Source: Candidatus Bathyarchaeota archaeon
GTDB lineage: Archaea; Thermoproteota; Bathyarchaeia; Bathyarchaeales; Bathycorpusculaceae
NCBI GenBank assembly: GCA_963828195.1
Contig: CAWHDT010000005.1
Location: forward strand, 160,001-224,000
Length of the DNA stretch: 64,000 nucleotides
Reading direction: 5' to 3'
Shown here: positions 1 to 10,061 of the stretch, one piece after another
Position numbering within the stretch: position 1 is the stretch's first letter
Layout: each line of letters starts with the position of its first letter
Program-made: the position numbers and the translations under genes
Notes under the pieces: model-generated
What the model was told of the DNA's origin: nothing
Databases searched by the model: none
Seen by the model: the letters and a program-made list of their open reading frames with translations, nothing else

Positions 1-594
1 GACGGCTTATACACCGCCGACCCCAAAGAACCAAATGCACAATTGATAAAAGCCGTGGAAGCCATAACTCCTGAACTGAAAAATTCGCTTAGTGGAAAGA
101 GTAAGTTGGGCAGGGGTGGAATTCAAAGCAAAATTAAAGCCGCGGAAATTGCCACTTCATGCGGAATCCCAGTGGTTATTGCAAACAGCAGAAGAGAAAA
201 CGTGTTACTTGACGTTCTGGCTGGAAAGGACGTGGGCACATTCTTTAAGCCCCAGAATCCAATGCCCGCGGTGGAACGCTGGATTGCTTATGGAGCCGCA
301 GTTAAGGGGCAAATCCAGGTTAATGAAGGCGCCAAGAAAGCCATACTTGAAGGTTCAAGCCTCTTGCCCGTTGGCATAACGAGGGTTGTAGGTCACTTTA
401 ACGTCGGAGATGTAGTCAGCATCATCGATGAAAACAGGGTTGAGTTTGCGAAGGGCAACCCCAATTACACGAGCGGCGAGTTAAACCTGATTAAAGGATT
501 ACAGGCAACCGAAGTCCACAGTCACCTCGGCAAAGATAAGCCTAAAGAGGTAATCGAGCATAGAAACATACACCTAATCGAGGAAGAAAAATGA
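1..594 (+). CDS. proB: Glutamate 5-kinase, C-terminal part with PUA domain (5' end outside window)
   Basis: Frame open from base 1 (DGLYTADPK...); GRGGIQSKIKAA, DVGTFF and PUA-like SLLPVGI...GDVV; overlaps proA start. Confidence 0.95.
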   Translation, partial: DGLYTADPKEPNAQLIKAVEAITPELKNSLSGKSKLGRGGIQSKIKAAEIATSCGIPVVIANSRRENVLLDVLAGKDVGTFFKPQNPMPAVERWIAYGAAVKGQIQVNEGAKKAILEGSSLLPVGITRVVGHFNVGDVVSIIDENRVEFAKGNPNYTSGELNLIKGLQATEVHSHLGKDKPKEVIEHRNIHLIEEEK

Positions 595-1832
595 TAGTTG
601 AAATATGCCAGAAAGCAAAAGCCGCCTCAGTTGAAATGGCGAAGCTTTCAGCAGAAGCCAAAAACACGGCGCTATGCAGAATGGCAAGCGCTCTTGAAGC
701 GAATGCAGAGAAGATTTTGGCTGCCAACAAGGTTGACGTGGAAGCTGCTAAAGCAAAGGGGGTTAAGGCGGCAATGCTTGACCGTTTGGCTCTTGACAAA
801 AAGAAAATTCAAGCGATGGCTAGTGACATGCGGGAAGTTTCAGCCCTACCTGACCCTATCGGCACAATCTTAAGCACTTGGAAACGCCCCAACGGCTTGA
901 TAATCAGTCAAGTCCGCGTGCCCTTAGGCGTTGTAGGTGTAATTTATGAATCGCGACCTAACGTAACCTCCGATTCTGCAGGCATCTGCGTCAAATCTGG
1001 GAACGCAGTTATCCTAAGGGGCGGTTCAGACTCGTTAAACTCGAACGTGGCCATCGGCGATGTGCTGCGGGATGCTTTGACTGCGACAGCCGTGCCAGTT
1101 GATGCGGTTCAAGTGGTGAATTCTCCTGACCGCAAAGTTGCTGAAGAACTGATGCGCATGCGTCAGTACATTGATGTGCTTATTCCTCGTGGAGGAGCCG
1201 ACTTAATCAAAACTGTGGTTGAGACTTCGCGCATCCCCGTTATTGAAACCGGAACGGGCAACTGCCACATCTACGTTGAAGAAGACGCAGACTTGGAAAA
1301 AGCGACGCCTATAGTGATAAACGCTAAGTGCCAGAGACCGGGAACCTGCAACGCCGCAGAAAAACTTTTAGTTCACAGCAAAATCGCACGGCGTTACCTG
1401 CCCGTTGTGATTGCTGCTCTTAGAAAGGAGGGCGTGGAAGTTAGGGGTGACGAAGAAACCCAAAAGATTGTTGCGGACGTGAAGGCGGCAACTGAACAGG
1501 ACTGGTTCACCGAATACTCAGACTTAATCATAGGCGTAAAGGTTGTGAAAAACCTAGACGAAGCCATAGCTCACATTAACAAGTACGGCACCAAACACTC
1601 AGACGCCATCCTCACCGCCGACTTCGACAAAGCCATGCGTTTCATACATGAAGTCGATTCAGCCGCAGTCTACTGGAACGCATCCACGCGGTTCACTGAC
1701 GGCAACCAGTTTGGATTAGGCGCGGAAATAGGCATCAGCACCCAGAAGCTTCATGCAAGAGGACCTATGAGCGTACAGCACCTGACGACGACAAAATACG
1801 TTGTTTTAGGCAGCGGGCAAATAAGAAAATAA
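591..1832 (+). CDS. proA: Gamma-glutamyl phosphate reductase
   Basis: RVPLGVVGVIYESRPNVT, LIPRGG, catalytic CNAAEKLL, GAEIGISTQKLHARGPM. Confidence 0.97.
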   Translation: MIVEICQKAKAASVEMAKLSAEAKNTALCRMASALEANAEKILAANKVDVEAAKAKGVKAAMLDRLALDKKKIQAMASDMREVSALPDPIGTILSTWKRPNGLIISQVRVPLGVVGVIYESRPNVTSDSAGICVKSGNAVILRGGSDSLNSNVAIGDVLRDALTATAVPVDAVQVVNSPDRKVAEELMRMRQYIDVLIPRGGADLIKTVVETSRIPVIETGTGNCHIYVEEDADLEKATPIVINAKCQRPGTCNAAEKLLVHSKIARRYLPVVIAALRKEGVEVRGDEETQKIVADVKAATEQDWFTEYSDLIIGVKVVKNLDEAIAHINKYGTKHSDAILTADFDKAMRFIHEVDSAAVYWNASTRFTDGNQFGLGAEIGISTQKLHARGPMSVQHLTTTKYVVLGSGQIRK

Positions 1833-1853
1833 AAGTGAACTTTTCGGTGGTAA

Positions 1854-1878
1854 AGCGCCCTAAAACGGCGCTATTTTT
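1854..1878 (+). terminator. Hairpin plus T-tract after proA
   Basis: agcgcc-N7-ggcgct followed by attttt. Confidence 0.4.
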
Positions 1879-2104
1879 AATCTTGCCATGATGTATTAAT
1901 AATGGTTTAAATAGAAAATTCCAAAAAGTTCCCTTGCACTTAAGGCAACTAATGAAGAAAAAAGCTTTCAGCCTATTGATAGTTTAGATTGAAAATTAAA
2001 AATCGGGTTTTTCGGGTGGCTGGTTTTAACTTATTCTTTCAATCACTCTTTTATATTTAATTTCTTAAGGGGGTAACAATTAACTGAATTAGGAGAACGA
2101 TAAC

Positions 2105-2755
2105 TTGGTTAATCGATTCTTAGGTAAATGGAAAGCGAAAGAAGAACAACCATCTATCACATCGAAAATTAAAGAAATAGGCAAGCCTCAGCAAGGTGTA
2201 AAAGAACAAATCGGTTTTGTAACAAACCGCATTGATAATCAAACCCAGAGCTTGGATTTGGCGGTGAAACGTTTTGAAACTCGCGACGCCGCTATTTTCC
2301 AGCGTGTTGTGAAAGCCATGGCGGATAGGGATCAGGCGCGTGCAAACATCTATGCCACCGAACTGGGGGAAATTCGCAAAGTTGAGAAAATGTTGACGCA
2401 AGCGTCAATTGCTTTGGAAAGCGTCTCGATGCGCCTTAAAACTGTTTCAGAGGTCGGGGATTTAGTTGCGGTCTTGGCTCCAGCAGCGAGTGTACTGAAC
2501 AACATTCGCGATGGGATGTGTACTGTTTTGCCGCAGGCAAGCCAGGAACTTGAAAGCATCGGAAGCCTGCTTGGAGACATTTGCACTCAAACTAGCCAAT
2601 CGTCAGAGTCGCCAGTAAATCTTGGTGCAGCAAACGAGGATGCATTAGCAATCTTGCGGGAAGCGGAGGTAGCTGCCGAGAAGAGGCTAAGCGACCAATT
2701 TCCCGAAGTAGCGACTGGGGCTGCTCAGAGAAAAAGGACAAGCCTTGAAGCTTAG
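2105..2755 (+). CDS. ESCRT-III / Snf7 (CdvB-like) protein
   Basis: Helical Snf7 pattern ARANIYATELGEIRKVEKML...LESVSMRLKTV..GD; C-terminal ILREAEVAAEKRLSDQFPEV; AGGAGA RBS before a TTG start. Confidence 0.88.
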   Translation: MVNRFLGKWKAKEEQPSITSKIKEIGKPQQGVKEQIGFVTNRIDNQTQSLDLAVKRFETRDAAIFQRVVKAMADRDQARANIYATELGEIRKVEKMLTQASIALESVSMRLKTVSEVGDLVAVLAPAASVLNNIRDGMCTVLPQASQELESIGSLLGDICTQTSQSSESPVNLGAANEDALAILREAEVAAEKRLSDQFPEVATGAAQRKRTSLEA

Positions 2756-2960
2756 CAGCATAGAATTTGAAGCGGTGCAAAGACTCTACTTCACTATTTT
2801 TTCTTTTTTTGTTTTTGGCGTTTGTTTGTTCTGCAGCTTCCGTAACATTGCCTTAGGCGCAATAATTTTTCTTAAATTTTGAAAGAACAACAACGCTTGG
2901 GGAGCAACTGTTGTTCTTCTATTGAATCCAGATTTAAGGCAGCAATCTAAAAAATAAAAT

Positions 2961-3004
2961 TAAAAGAAGAAGAAGCCTAAAAAAACAATTTTTCTTCTTC
3001 TTCC
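2961..3004. repeat. (GAA)n/(TTC)n hairpin, dispersed repeat copy 1
   Basis: taaaagaagaagaag...aaaacaatttttcttcttcttcc; shares an exact 22-mer with 44601-44622. Confidence 0.7.
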
Positions 3005-3393
3005 TGTTGCTTTTTGCAGTTCAGTTTTTGCACAAATAGCAGGTATCCTCTTAGGTAGGCTGGTGTCTGCTACAGTTTACAAAATAGTCTGCCAGATGGC
3101 CCAAATTAGACGCTAAACGTGATTCAACATAGTTCAACCTATGAAAGGGGTGTGCATTCTCAACTTTAAGCTGTGTTTTTCTCTGCGGAAACGTTGGTTT
3201 ATTAATGGTGTTGTTTGGAGTTCTGGAACTTATGATAAACCGCTAAAAGCATGGGAAAGTATGCATTAGCGGTGTGCAATAAGCATGTATAAGTGTTCAT
3301 TAAGGGTTTAACTCCGGGCGCACGCTTAGTATAAAATCTTTAACTGTCCATATCTTTTCTATCTCAAAGAAAAAGTTGAACGCCCAACGCCGC

Positions 3394-4026
3394 CTATATT
3401 GCAGGCTCTGCGCTGATCTCTAGTGTCTGAAGCTGAAAACCTGTAATTTCCTCGTGACTATAAACACCCAAATAAATAGAAAGGGCTCCAGTATCTCCAA
3501 AATTTAGCCAAACATCGGACGCAGAAGGGGGAGGAAACCCAATTTCTATCAAATCAGTTGAGTTGACCACGTTGTTTCCACTGAATAATCCCGCCGTCAT
3601 GTAAACATAAGTTCCATTAAAGCCGTACCAATCGTTTGGTGACGGGTTCTGTGCTGAATAATCGTTGCGGAGTGTAACGTTGATGACAACACATGGTTCG
3701 TCGTGCCTGACAATCCAACCTCCCCCAAGTGTCCCGTTTGGAAGTTGATATTCGTCTGTTTGATAAGTGTCATATGGGTAAGAACTAGCTCTGATGTTTA
3801 CAGAAACTACGAAGATTTTGCTAGTGTTCCCTTCAAAAGGCAGATAATAGCCTGTGGCTGGTTGGATTGGACCGATAGAGGGCTTTACAACTTTTAAAAT
3901 CGATTCGTCGGTTTTTACAATTGTTAAAGACGATTCGTCAGTTCTCAGCACATAAATAGTTGCTCCCACCGCAACGGCTATGATTGCCGCGAGGAGCATT
4001 GCAAGGGCTTTTCTCCGAGTATCCAT
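3394..4026 (-). CDS. Hypothetical membrane-anchored or secreted protein
   Basis: 210 aa ORF with N-terminal basic plus hydrophobic anchor and a beta-rich ectodomain. Confidence 0.75.
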   Translation of the reverse strand: MDTRRKALAMLLAAIIAVAVGATIYVLRTDESSLTIVKTDESILKVVKPSIGPIQPATGYYLPFEGNTSKIFVVSVNIRASSYPYDTYQTDEYQLPNGTLGGGWIVRHDEPCVVINVTLRNDYSAQNPSPNDWYGFNGTYVYMTAGLFSGNNVVNSTDLIEIGFPPPSASDVWLNFGDTGALSIYLGVYSHEEITGFQLQTLEISAEPAI

Positions 4027-4420
4027 GGATAATGCTCACCGGTCCCAAAAAGTGCAATCAGAAATTTTTCTTGTTTTCATTCTAGTTCCATGCGCTAAAT
4101 TGGTTGTTTTCCTGTTTGTTATGTTTAGGGATATAAAATTTACTATTTTGAGCCACAAATTTTGGTCGCTCGCGCTAGTTCAAACGGATACAGTTTTAGA
4201 GCCTACGGTGCAAGCCGTTTAGGAATATAAAAAAAGATGACCTAATTTTAAAAAATCAGTGCTGACGTGGCTACGAATCCATAACTTAAATTGGAAGTGC
4301 GCAACAAGGATATTCTGGAGTTTTGTTGAACAGGTGTGAAAGCAGTGGGTGAAACGTGCACAGTTTATTAATGTCGTATGACTTACGATTCAAAACAGAA
4401 TACTTGGGGGTAGTAAAAAA

Positions 4421-4561
4421 ATGAGTATGATGAAAACAATACTCGCAAGCGACGGCGTAATAATCGAAGAAAGACAAATTGCTCGATTGCAGAAAGAAAT
4501 CGAATACATGAACGACGAACTTCAATACAGGCAAGCCAAACTCAAAAAACTAAAAAAGTAA
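4421..4561 (+). CDS. Small coiled-coil protein (46 aa, not in ORF track)
   Basis: MSMMKTILASDGVIIEERQIARLQKEIEYMNDELQYRQAKLKKLKK; GGGGGT upstream; heptad pattern. Confidence 0.6.
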   Translation: MSMMKTILASDGVIIEERQIARLQKEIEYMNDELQYRQAKLKKLKK

Positions 4562-4736
4562 CCGCAAAAAACGGGCAACTACAATTCCCAATTCCCTTAT
4601 TTTCCTTTTATCCAGCACCTCAACGGTTCAGTTTTCGGCAGCAACCAAGACAAGCTTAGGCATTTTTGGCAATCTTTTCGGGTTTGAACACTAAAAGAAA
4701 ATGAAAAGATTGTTTTGGTTAGAGACGCTTGCTTTT

Positions 4737-6245
4737 TTACACCGTGGGCAGATTCGGGATGATTTGTTGAAGTTGATGTACAACCGGGTGGATTAGGTTT
4801 AGCACGATGCTCGGGAACAAGCCCAGTATTATCAGTGATCCGGCTAGGATGAAGATTGGAATAAGTATTCGTTTTGGCTCTTTTATCGGTGTTTCGTCTT
4901 TTGCGTTCTTTCCGTACATGACATAGATTAGCCTGAACAAGTAAGCAGTTTGCAGAACACTTGTCAAAACTCCAATAACTGCTAGCCAGCTTAGGTTTGC
5001 TTCTATCGCCGCAGTGAAAACCAAATATTTACCTATAAATCCCCCTAGAGGCGGAACACCCGCAAATGATAGCCCAGCTATCACTAAGGCTAAGCATACA
5101 AGCGGCATTTTCTTTCCTAAGCCTGAGAAGTCATCCATGCTTTTGAATCCGTGACTGTTTATGATCCCGATTGCCATGAAGGCGAGGGCTGTGGTTATGC
5201 CGCCGATTAAGAAGAAGTAGAGGTTGCCAAGCAAGCCAGTAGCGGTTACGCTTGATATTGCAACAAGGTTGTAGCCGACGTCTGCAACGCAGATATACGC
5301 CATTAAACGTTTAACGTCATTTTGTATCAGGGCGAACAGGTTGCCGACAATCATGGTGACCGCTGCTAAAACTGCTAGCATGATAGTCCAGTTTACGGTT
5401 GAGGGAAGTAAAACGTACAGGAGAACTCGTATGAGTATGTAGTAGCTGCCCTGGTCAATGAGGGCGGAGAGGAAGGCTGCTGATGGTGCGGGAGCTGCGG
5501 TGTAAGCGTCAGGTAACCAGAAATGGAAGGGCACAATTGCCGCTTCAATCGCGTAGCCGGCTGCTATGAATATGAAGGCTATGATAAGCAAGTGATTATT
5601 GCTCATAGTTGTTAAAGCCGACCCAACCCCCAAGTAGTTGAGGGTCCCCGTTAAACCGTAGACAATTGACATCCCAAGCATAACGAATGCTGAAGCGATG
5701 ATGACCATGATAAGATATTTCAGTGTGGCATTGATTGAAAACGCGTTTTTCTTAAACAGCATCAGGAAAGCTGCGCCTGCCGTTGCTATTTCCCAGAATA
5801 TGAAAAGCGTTAGCAGGTCGCCTGCAAGAACAGCGCCAAGTACGCCCGCGGTAGTCATCAGCATTATGGCGAAGTATCGTTCTGAGGGCCTGTCGTTTGA
5901 GCCAACGGAGAACACGGTGTAGGTTACAACTACGGCGCTAAGAGCCACTATGATTATTGACATGTAAATGGAGATGGCGTCTACCAGGAAGGCGCTTGAG
6001 AAAATTGATGAAGTAGTCCCGCTTAAGCCCAAAGTGACAATGCTCGGTGAGGGGACGCTGTAATAGCTTAGAGCTAAGTTAGCTACCCACAAACCTGTAA
6101 TTGCGAATACAGCTAAGAACCAGCCCAGGGTTAAGGCGGTCTTGTGATTGCTGTTTCTTATCAGCTTAAACACGGGGATAGTTAACAATGCTGCAATAGC
6201 AAGAGTGAATATGGGTAAGAGGACATCTATTGTTTCAATCATCAA
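4737..6245 (-). CDS. nuoN: Antiporter-like membrane subunit N (NuoN/FpoN-like) of Hfo-type hydrogenase
   Basis: LFIFWE, PFHFWLPDAY, AGVPPLGGFIGK; last gene of Nuo-ordered operon. Confidence 0.85.
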   Translation of the reverse strand: MMIETIDVLLPIFTLAIAALLTIPVFKLIRNSNHKTALTLGWFLAVFAITGLWVANLALSYYSVPSPSIVTLGLSGTTSSIFSSAFLVDAISIYMSIIIVALSAVVVTYTVFSVGSNDRPSERYFAIMLMTTAGVLGAVLAGDLLTLFIFWEIATAGAAFLMLFKKNAFSINATLKYLIMVIIASAFVMLGMSIVYGLTGTLNYLGVGSALTTMSNNHLLIIAFIFIAAGYAIEAAIVPFHFWLPDAYTAAPAPSAAFLSALIDQGSYYILIRVLLYVLLPSTVNWTIMLAVLAAVTMIVGNLFALIQNDVKRLMAYICVADVGYNLVAISSVTATGLLGNLYFFLIGGITTALAFMAIGIINSHGFKSMDDFSGLGKKMPLVCLALVIAGLSFAGVPPLGGFIGKYLVFTAAIEANLSWLAVIGVLTSVLQTAYLFRLIYVMYGKNAKDETPIKEPKRILIPIFILAGSLIILGLFPSIVLNLIHPVVHQLQQIIPNLPTV

Positions 6246-6254
6246 AGTTCACCT

Positions 6255-7808
6255 TTAGGTAATCGGACCGAACCTCACTGTTTGAATTAGATTTATGAAG
6301 AATGTCGGGTAGATCCCAACAAGAATAATCAGCACCACCAAGATAGCAAAGGATAGTTTCATGTAGTTTGAAACCTCAAAAGTCTTCTTCTCCTCGGCAC
6401 CTTCCGCGATTTCTTCACCCTCTTCGCCTTTGGGTAGACCTAGGAAAACTTTTGAAGTGAATCTCAGCATGTAAGCAAGCGAAATTACTGTAGCAATGAG
6501 CATAAGCGCAGTTGGTATAATGTAAAATGAGTCCACGTGGATAACTTGGAAGGCCCCGACAAATATTAGAAATTCGCTGATGAAGCACGCAAACGGCGGC
6601 GCTCCGCCAATACTTAATGCAGCTATGATTGAGGAAACCGCTGTGAACGGCATCTTGGAGGCTAATCCACCCATTTTGCGGATATCACGTTTTTCTGTTT
6701 GATGCATCACTCCGCCTGCGCCAAGGAAGAGAAGGCCCTTGCTTAAGGCGTGGCTGACAATATGCAGGACGGTTCCAGTTATTGCGAGGGATGAGACTAA
6801 GATGACGGCTGCTCCTGCTGCGACGTTTGATGGGAAGAGGGATAGCCCAAACATGATGTAGCCCATGTGGGCGATGCTTGAGTAGGCGATGAGCCGTTTT
6901 ATGTCAGTTGCAACTAACGCTATTAAAGAGCCAAAGAAAGCTGAAAGTACACCGATAATCGCTAAGGCATGCAAAAAGTCTGTTCCAAATGTTATTCCAA
7001 CGGAGGGGAAAACCATTCCCAGTGAAAGACGGAGAATTGCGTAAGCTCCCGCGCTGATAATGACACCGCTTAAGAGCGCTGACATTGGTGCTGGAGCTTC
7101 GCCGTGTGCGTCAGGCAGCCACATGTGGACGGGTATGACAGCCATTTTAACGGCGAACCCAGCGGTTAAGGCTATGATAATCCACTGGGCAATACCTACA
7201 TGCCCAAGTAAAGCTGTTTGTGCACTAAATATGTCGGTGGTTCCCGTTGTGAAGTAGATTGCGCCTATGCCTAAGAGTACGAAGACGGCTCCTGCATGGG
7301 TGTATATGAAGAATTTTAATGCTTGCTTGTATGAATCTTTGTAGCCCCATTCGCCTATGATGAAGAACGCTGGAACAAGCATTAGTTCCCAGCAGAAGTA
7401 GAACAAGATCAGGTTAGATGTTAAGAAGACCCCGACTAGACCAACTGAGAGCAGGCATAGCAATGCATAGTAAACGGGCAGATGCTTTTTTCCAGCCATG
7501 TAAGATATTGAGAAAATTGAGGCTACCACCATCAGAATTAGGCTCACAAGGGCGATGGAAACGCTTATGCCGTCTGCGAAAAGTGTAAATGAAGTATTTA
7601 TAACGGGTATCCATGTGTGGGGCTCAACGTACTGGTGAGATGAACTGTTAAGAATTGTTGGAACAGTCGTTAAGAGCAGCGCTATGTTAACCATGGCAAT
7701 GAGGGCAACAAATATTGCTGCAGCTTTCGGCGATTTTCTCCCTGTCAAGTAAACAAATGGAATGCTTAGAGTTGGAATCGCAAACACTGCTAGAAGAGTA
7801 AACGTCAT
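6255..7808 (-). CDS. nuoM: Antiporter-like membrane subunit M (NuoM-like)
   Basis: FYFCWELMLVP, KMAVIPVHMWLPDAHGEAP, DIKRLIAYSSIAHMG. Confidence 0.88.
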   Translation of the reverse strand: MTFTLLAVFAIPTLSIPFVYLTGRKSPKAAAIFVALIAMVNIALLLTTVPTILNSSSHQYVEPHTWIPVINTSFTLFADGISVSIALVSLILMVVASIFSISYMAGKKHLPVYYALLCLLSVGLVGVFLTSNLILFYFCWELMLVPAFFIIGEWGYKDSYKQALKFFIYTHAGAVFVLLGIGAIYFTTGTTDIFSAQTALLGHVGIAQWIIIALTAGFAVKMAVIPVHMWLPDAHGEAPAPMSALLSGVIISAGAYAILRLSLGMVFPSVGITFGTDFLHALAIIGVLSAFFGSLIALVATDIKRLIAYSSIAHMGYIMFGLSLFPSNVAAGAAVILVSSLAITGTVLHIVSHALSKGLLFLGAGGVMHQTEKRDIRKMGGLASKMPFTAVSSIIAALSIGGAPPFACFISEFLIFVGAFQVIHVDSFYIIPTALMLIATVISLAYMLRFTSKVFLGLPKGEEGEEIAEGAEEKKTFEVSNYMKLSFAILVVLIILVGIYPTFFINLIQTVRFGPIT

Positions 7809-7812
7809 TTCA

Positions 7813-9747
7813 TTACACACCTACCGTTAATATTAGTACCACAACGATTAGTATCAGGCCAACTATTCCTGCTGCAATGTAATTTTGAACGGTCGAGGAC
7901 GGTACCTTTTTCAGCTTTGAAGAGGTAAGCACAAACCAGCCTGCAAACGCGTTCAGCCCCAAATTCGCCTGATCTTCAACATGTTTAAGGCCGTCAGAAA
8001 ACTTTCCAAGTCCTCTTGCGAAGGCATAGTAAATGTCGTCAACGAAGTAGCCATGGTTTAGTATGGTTGCAATTGGGTTTGAACCGCCGCCAACACTTCT
8101 TATGCGCAGGGCGTTTTTGTAATATGCCCAGTACACAAGCAAACCAGTTGGAACAAGAATTGCAAGGAAGATTGGTGTTTCCAAGTCGGTGAAGGAGCCG
8201 AGGATCGAGATTCCAAGGCTTAAATGCATAAAGTTCTCGACCACAGTCATTGACAAGCCCCAGACAATGCATAATCCTGCAAGGATTGCTGCTGGGATCA
8301 GCATGACTTTTGGAGCTTCATGGGGATGCTGCTTTTCCAAATGCTCTGATTCTTTACCCATGAAAACTAGGCTGAACATGCGTATTACGTAGGCAAACGT
8401 AATGGCTGCTGTGGCGTAAAGCAGAATTGCCTGTATCAGACCTGCAGAAGTGCCTAAACTGCTTACGCTTGAGATAATCAAGCCTTTGCTGAAGAACGCG
8501 GCAAAAGGAGGCAGACCGCTTGTCGTTATAACCATTATACCCATTAAAACAAAGGTCACTGGCATTGCTTTCCTCAGCCCACCCATTAACCGCATGTCTC
8601 GCGTGCCAAGTGCGTGAATGATGCCGCCTGCGAGGAGGAATCCGAGACCTTCGAAGAAAGCATGGCTTACCATGTGGAATATACTGGCGAACCACCCAAT
8701 GGATGCCGCTCCCGTAACAGCTGCACCTAATGCAGCCATCATGAAGCCGATTTGACTAACAGTTGAGTATGCAAGGACTCCCTTGATGTCGGTTGTGGTT
8801 ATCGCCAGCGTAGCGCCGATAAAGGCTGTTATGACGCCTATCCAAGCAACGGTGGGGAACCAGGCTGGTTGAAGCGCGACGATTAAGGGATACGCTACTG
8901 AGGCTATGAGTATGAATCTTGCAAGAAGGTAGATACCTGCTTTAACCATTGTGGCGGCGTGAAGCAGGGCGCTGATTGAGGTGGGTGCTTCCATTGCGCT
9001 GTAGAGCCAAGTGAACAAGGGGAATTGAGCGGACTTAGCGAGGGCACCCCCCAAAACTAAGAAGAATACGGTGACAAGAAGCCCTGTATTGAGGGTTCCG
9101 GCTTTGGCGCCTGCCGTGAGGGCAGCTATTATTGCGCTGAAACTAAATGACCCGATTGCGTGTCCTGCAACAAGAGGTCCCGCGTAAAGTATGCCTATGG
9201 CTGCAAGCAGGGATACGTCGCCGATGCGGGTCATGATGAAAACTTTATTGCCTGCATTTATTGATGCGGGGCGTTTGTACCAGAAAGCAACTAACGCGTA
9301 GGAGCATAAGCCCACCATTTCCCAGAAAATAAACATTTGAAGCAGGTTATCTGAGATTACAAGGCCTATCATTGAGCCTATGAAAAGCAGAATGAGGAAG
9401 TAGTATCGTGTTAATCCTTCTTCGCCCTTCATGTAACCCCAAGAATAAATGACTATGATTAATGCAAAGAAGCCAACAAGGCACGTGAACAATACAGACA
9501 GCGGATCAATGTACACTCCGGCACTGATGCCTGCAATCCAGGGAATTGTCGATTCTGTCGCTGACCCGTTACCTGAAAGGATGCTGGGTATAAGTGAAAA
9601 TGCCAAGCCCGCGGTTACGGCTGCGACTGCTATTACATAGTAGTTTCGTATTTTGTCGCCTTTTTTTGCGATTATTGGAACGAACAGGCATGCAACAAGG
9701 GGGAATATCCAAACAAGCCATGCGGAAACAATATTATACGTTATCAT
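7813..9747 (-). CDS. nuoL: Antiporter-like membrane subunit L (NuoL-like)
   Basis: FIFWEMVGLCSY, KSAQFPLFTWL..AMEAPT.ISALLHAATMVKAG. Confidence 0.9.
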   Translation of the reverse strand: MITYNIVSAWLVWIFPLVACLFVPIIAKKGDKIRNYYVIAVAAVTAGLAFSLIPSILSGNGSATESTIPWIAGISAGVYIDPLSVLFTCLVGFFALIIVIYSWGYMKGEEGLTRYYFLILLFIGSMIGLVISDNLLQMFIFWEMVGLCSYALVAFWYKRPASINAGNKVFIMTRIGDVSLLAAIGILYAGPLVAGHAIGSFSFSAIIAALTAGAKAGTLNTGLLVTVFFLVLGGALAKSAQFPLFTWLYSAMEAPTSISALLHAATMVKAGIYLLARFILIASVAYPLIVALQPAWFPTVAWIGVITAFIGATLAITTTDIKGVLAYSTVSQIGFMMAALGAAVTGAASIGWFASIFHMVSHAFFEGLGFLLAGGIIHALGTRDMRLMGGLRKAMPVTFVLMGIMVITTSGLPPFAAFFSKGLIISSVSSLGTSAGLIQAILLYATAAITFAYVIRMFSLVFMGKESEHLEKQHPHEAPKVMLIPAAILAGLCIVWGLSMTVVENFMHLSLGISILGSFTDLETPIFLAILVPTGLLVYWAYYKNALRIRSVGGGSNPIATILNHGYFVDDIYYAFARGLGKFSDGLKHVEDQANLGLNAFAGWFVLTSSKLKKVPSSTVQNYIAAGIVGLILIVVVLILTVGV

Positions 9748-10061
9748 TATTGTTCAGCCTCGGTATCCGTTTTTTCCTGCATTTTTAGTATTTCATTGAT
9801 GTTACTTGTTCCGTACTTTTTGGTTACGATAACCAGCAACGCCAGAACTACCCCGCTGACGGTGGTATCGGTGGAAAACGCGAGTATCAGAAAAGCTTGC
9901 CCTAAGCCTTGACCCATGGTGGAAGCAAGCATAACAAAATTCAAAGTTGCCGCAGTAGCGATTAGCTCTATTGAAATGAAGACTTTCAAGAGTTGCCGAT
10001 TAGTCAGCAAGCCGTAGACGCCGATTGCCAGCATTACAAGTGACAATATGACAAAGTCCAT
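9747..10061 (-). CDS. nuoK: NuoK-like small membrane subunit
   Basis: Three TM segments, IGVYGLL...SIELI; operon position. Confidence 0.85.
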   Translation of the reverse strand: MDFVILSLVMLAIGVYGLLTNRQLLKVFISIELIATAATLNFVMLASTMGQGLGQAFLILAFSTDTTVSGVVLALLVIVTKKYGTSNINEILKMQEKTDTEAEQ

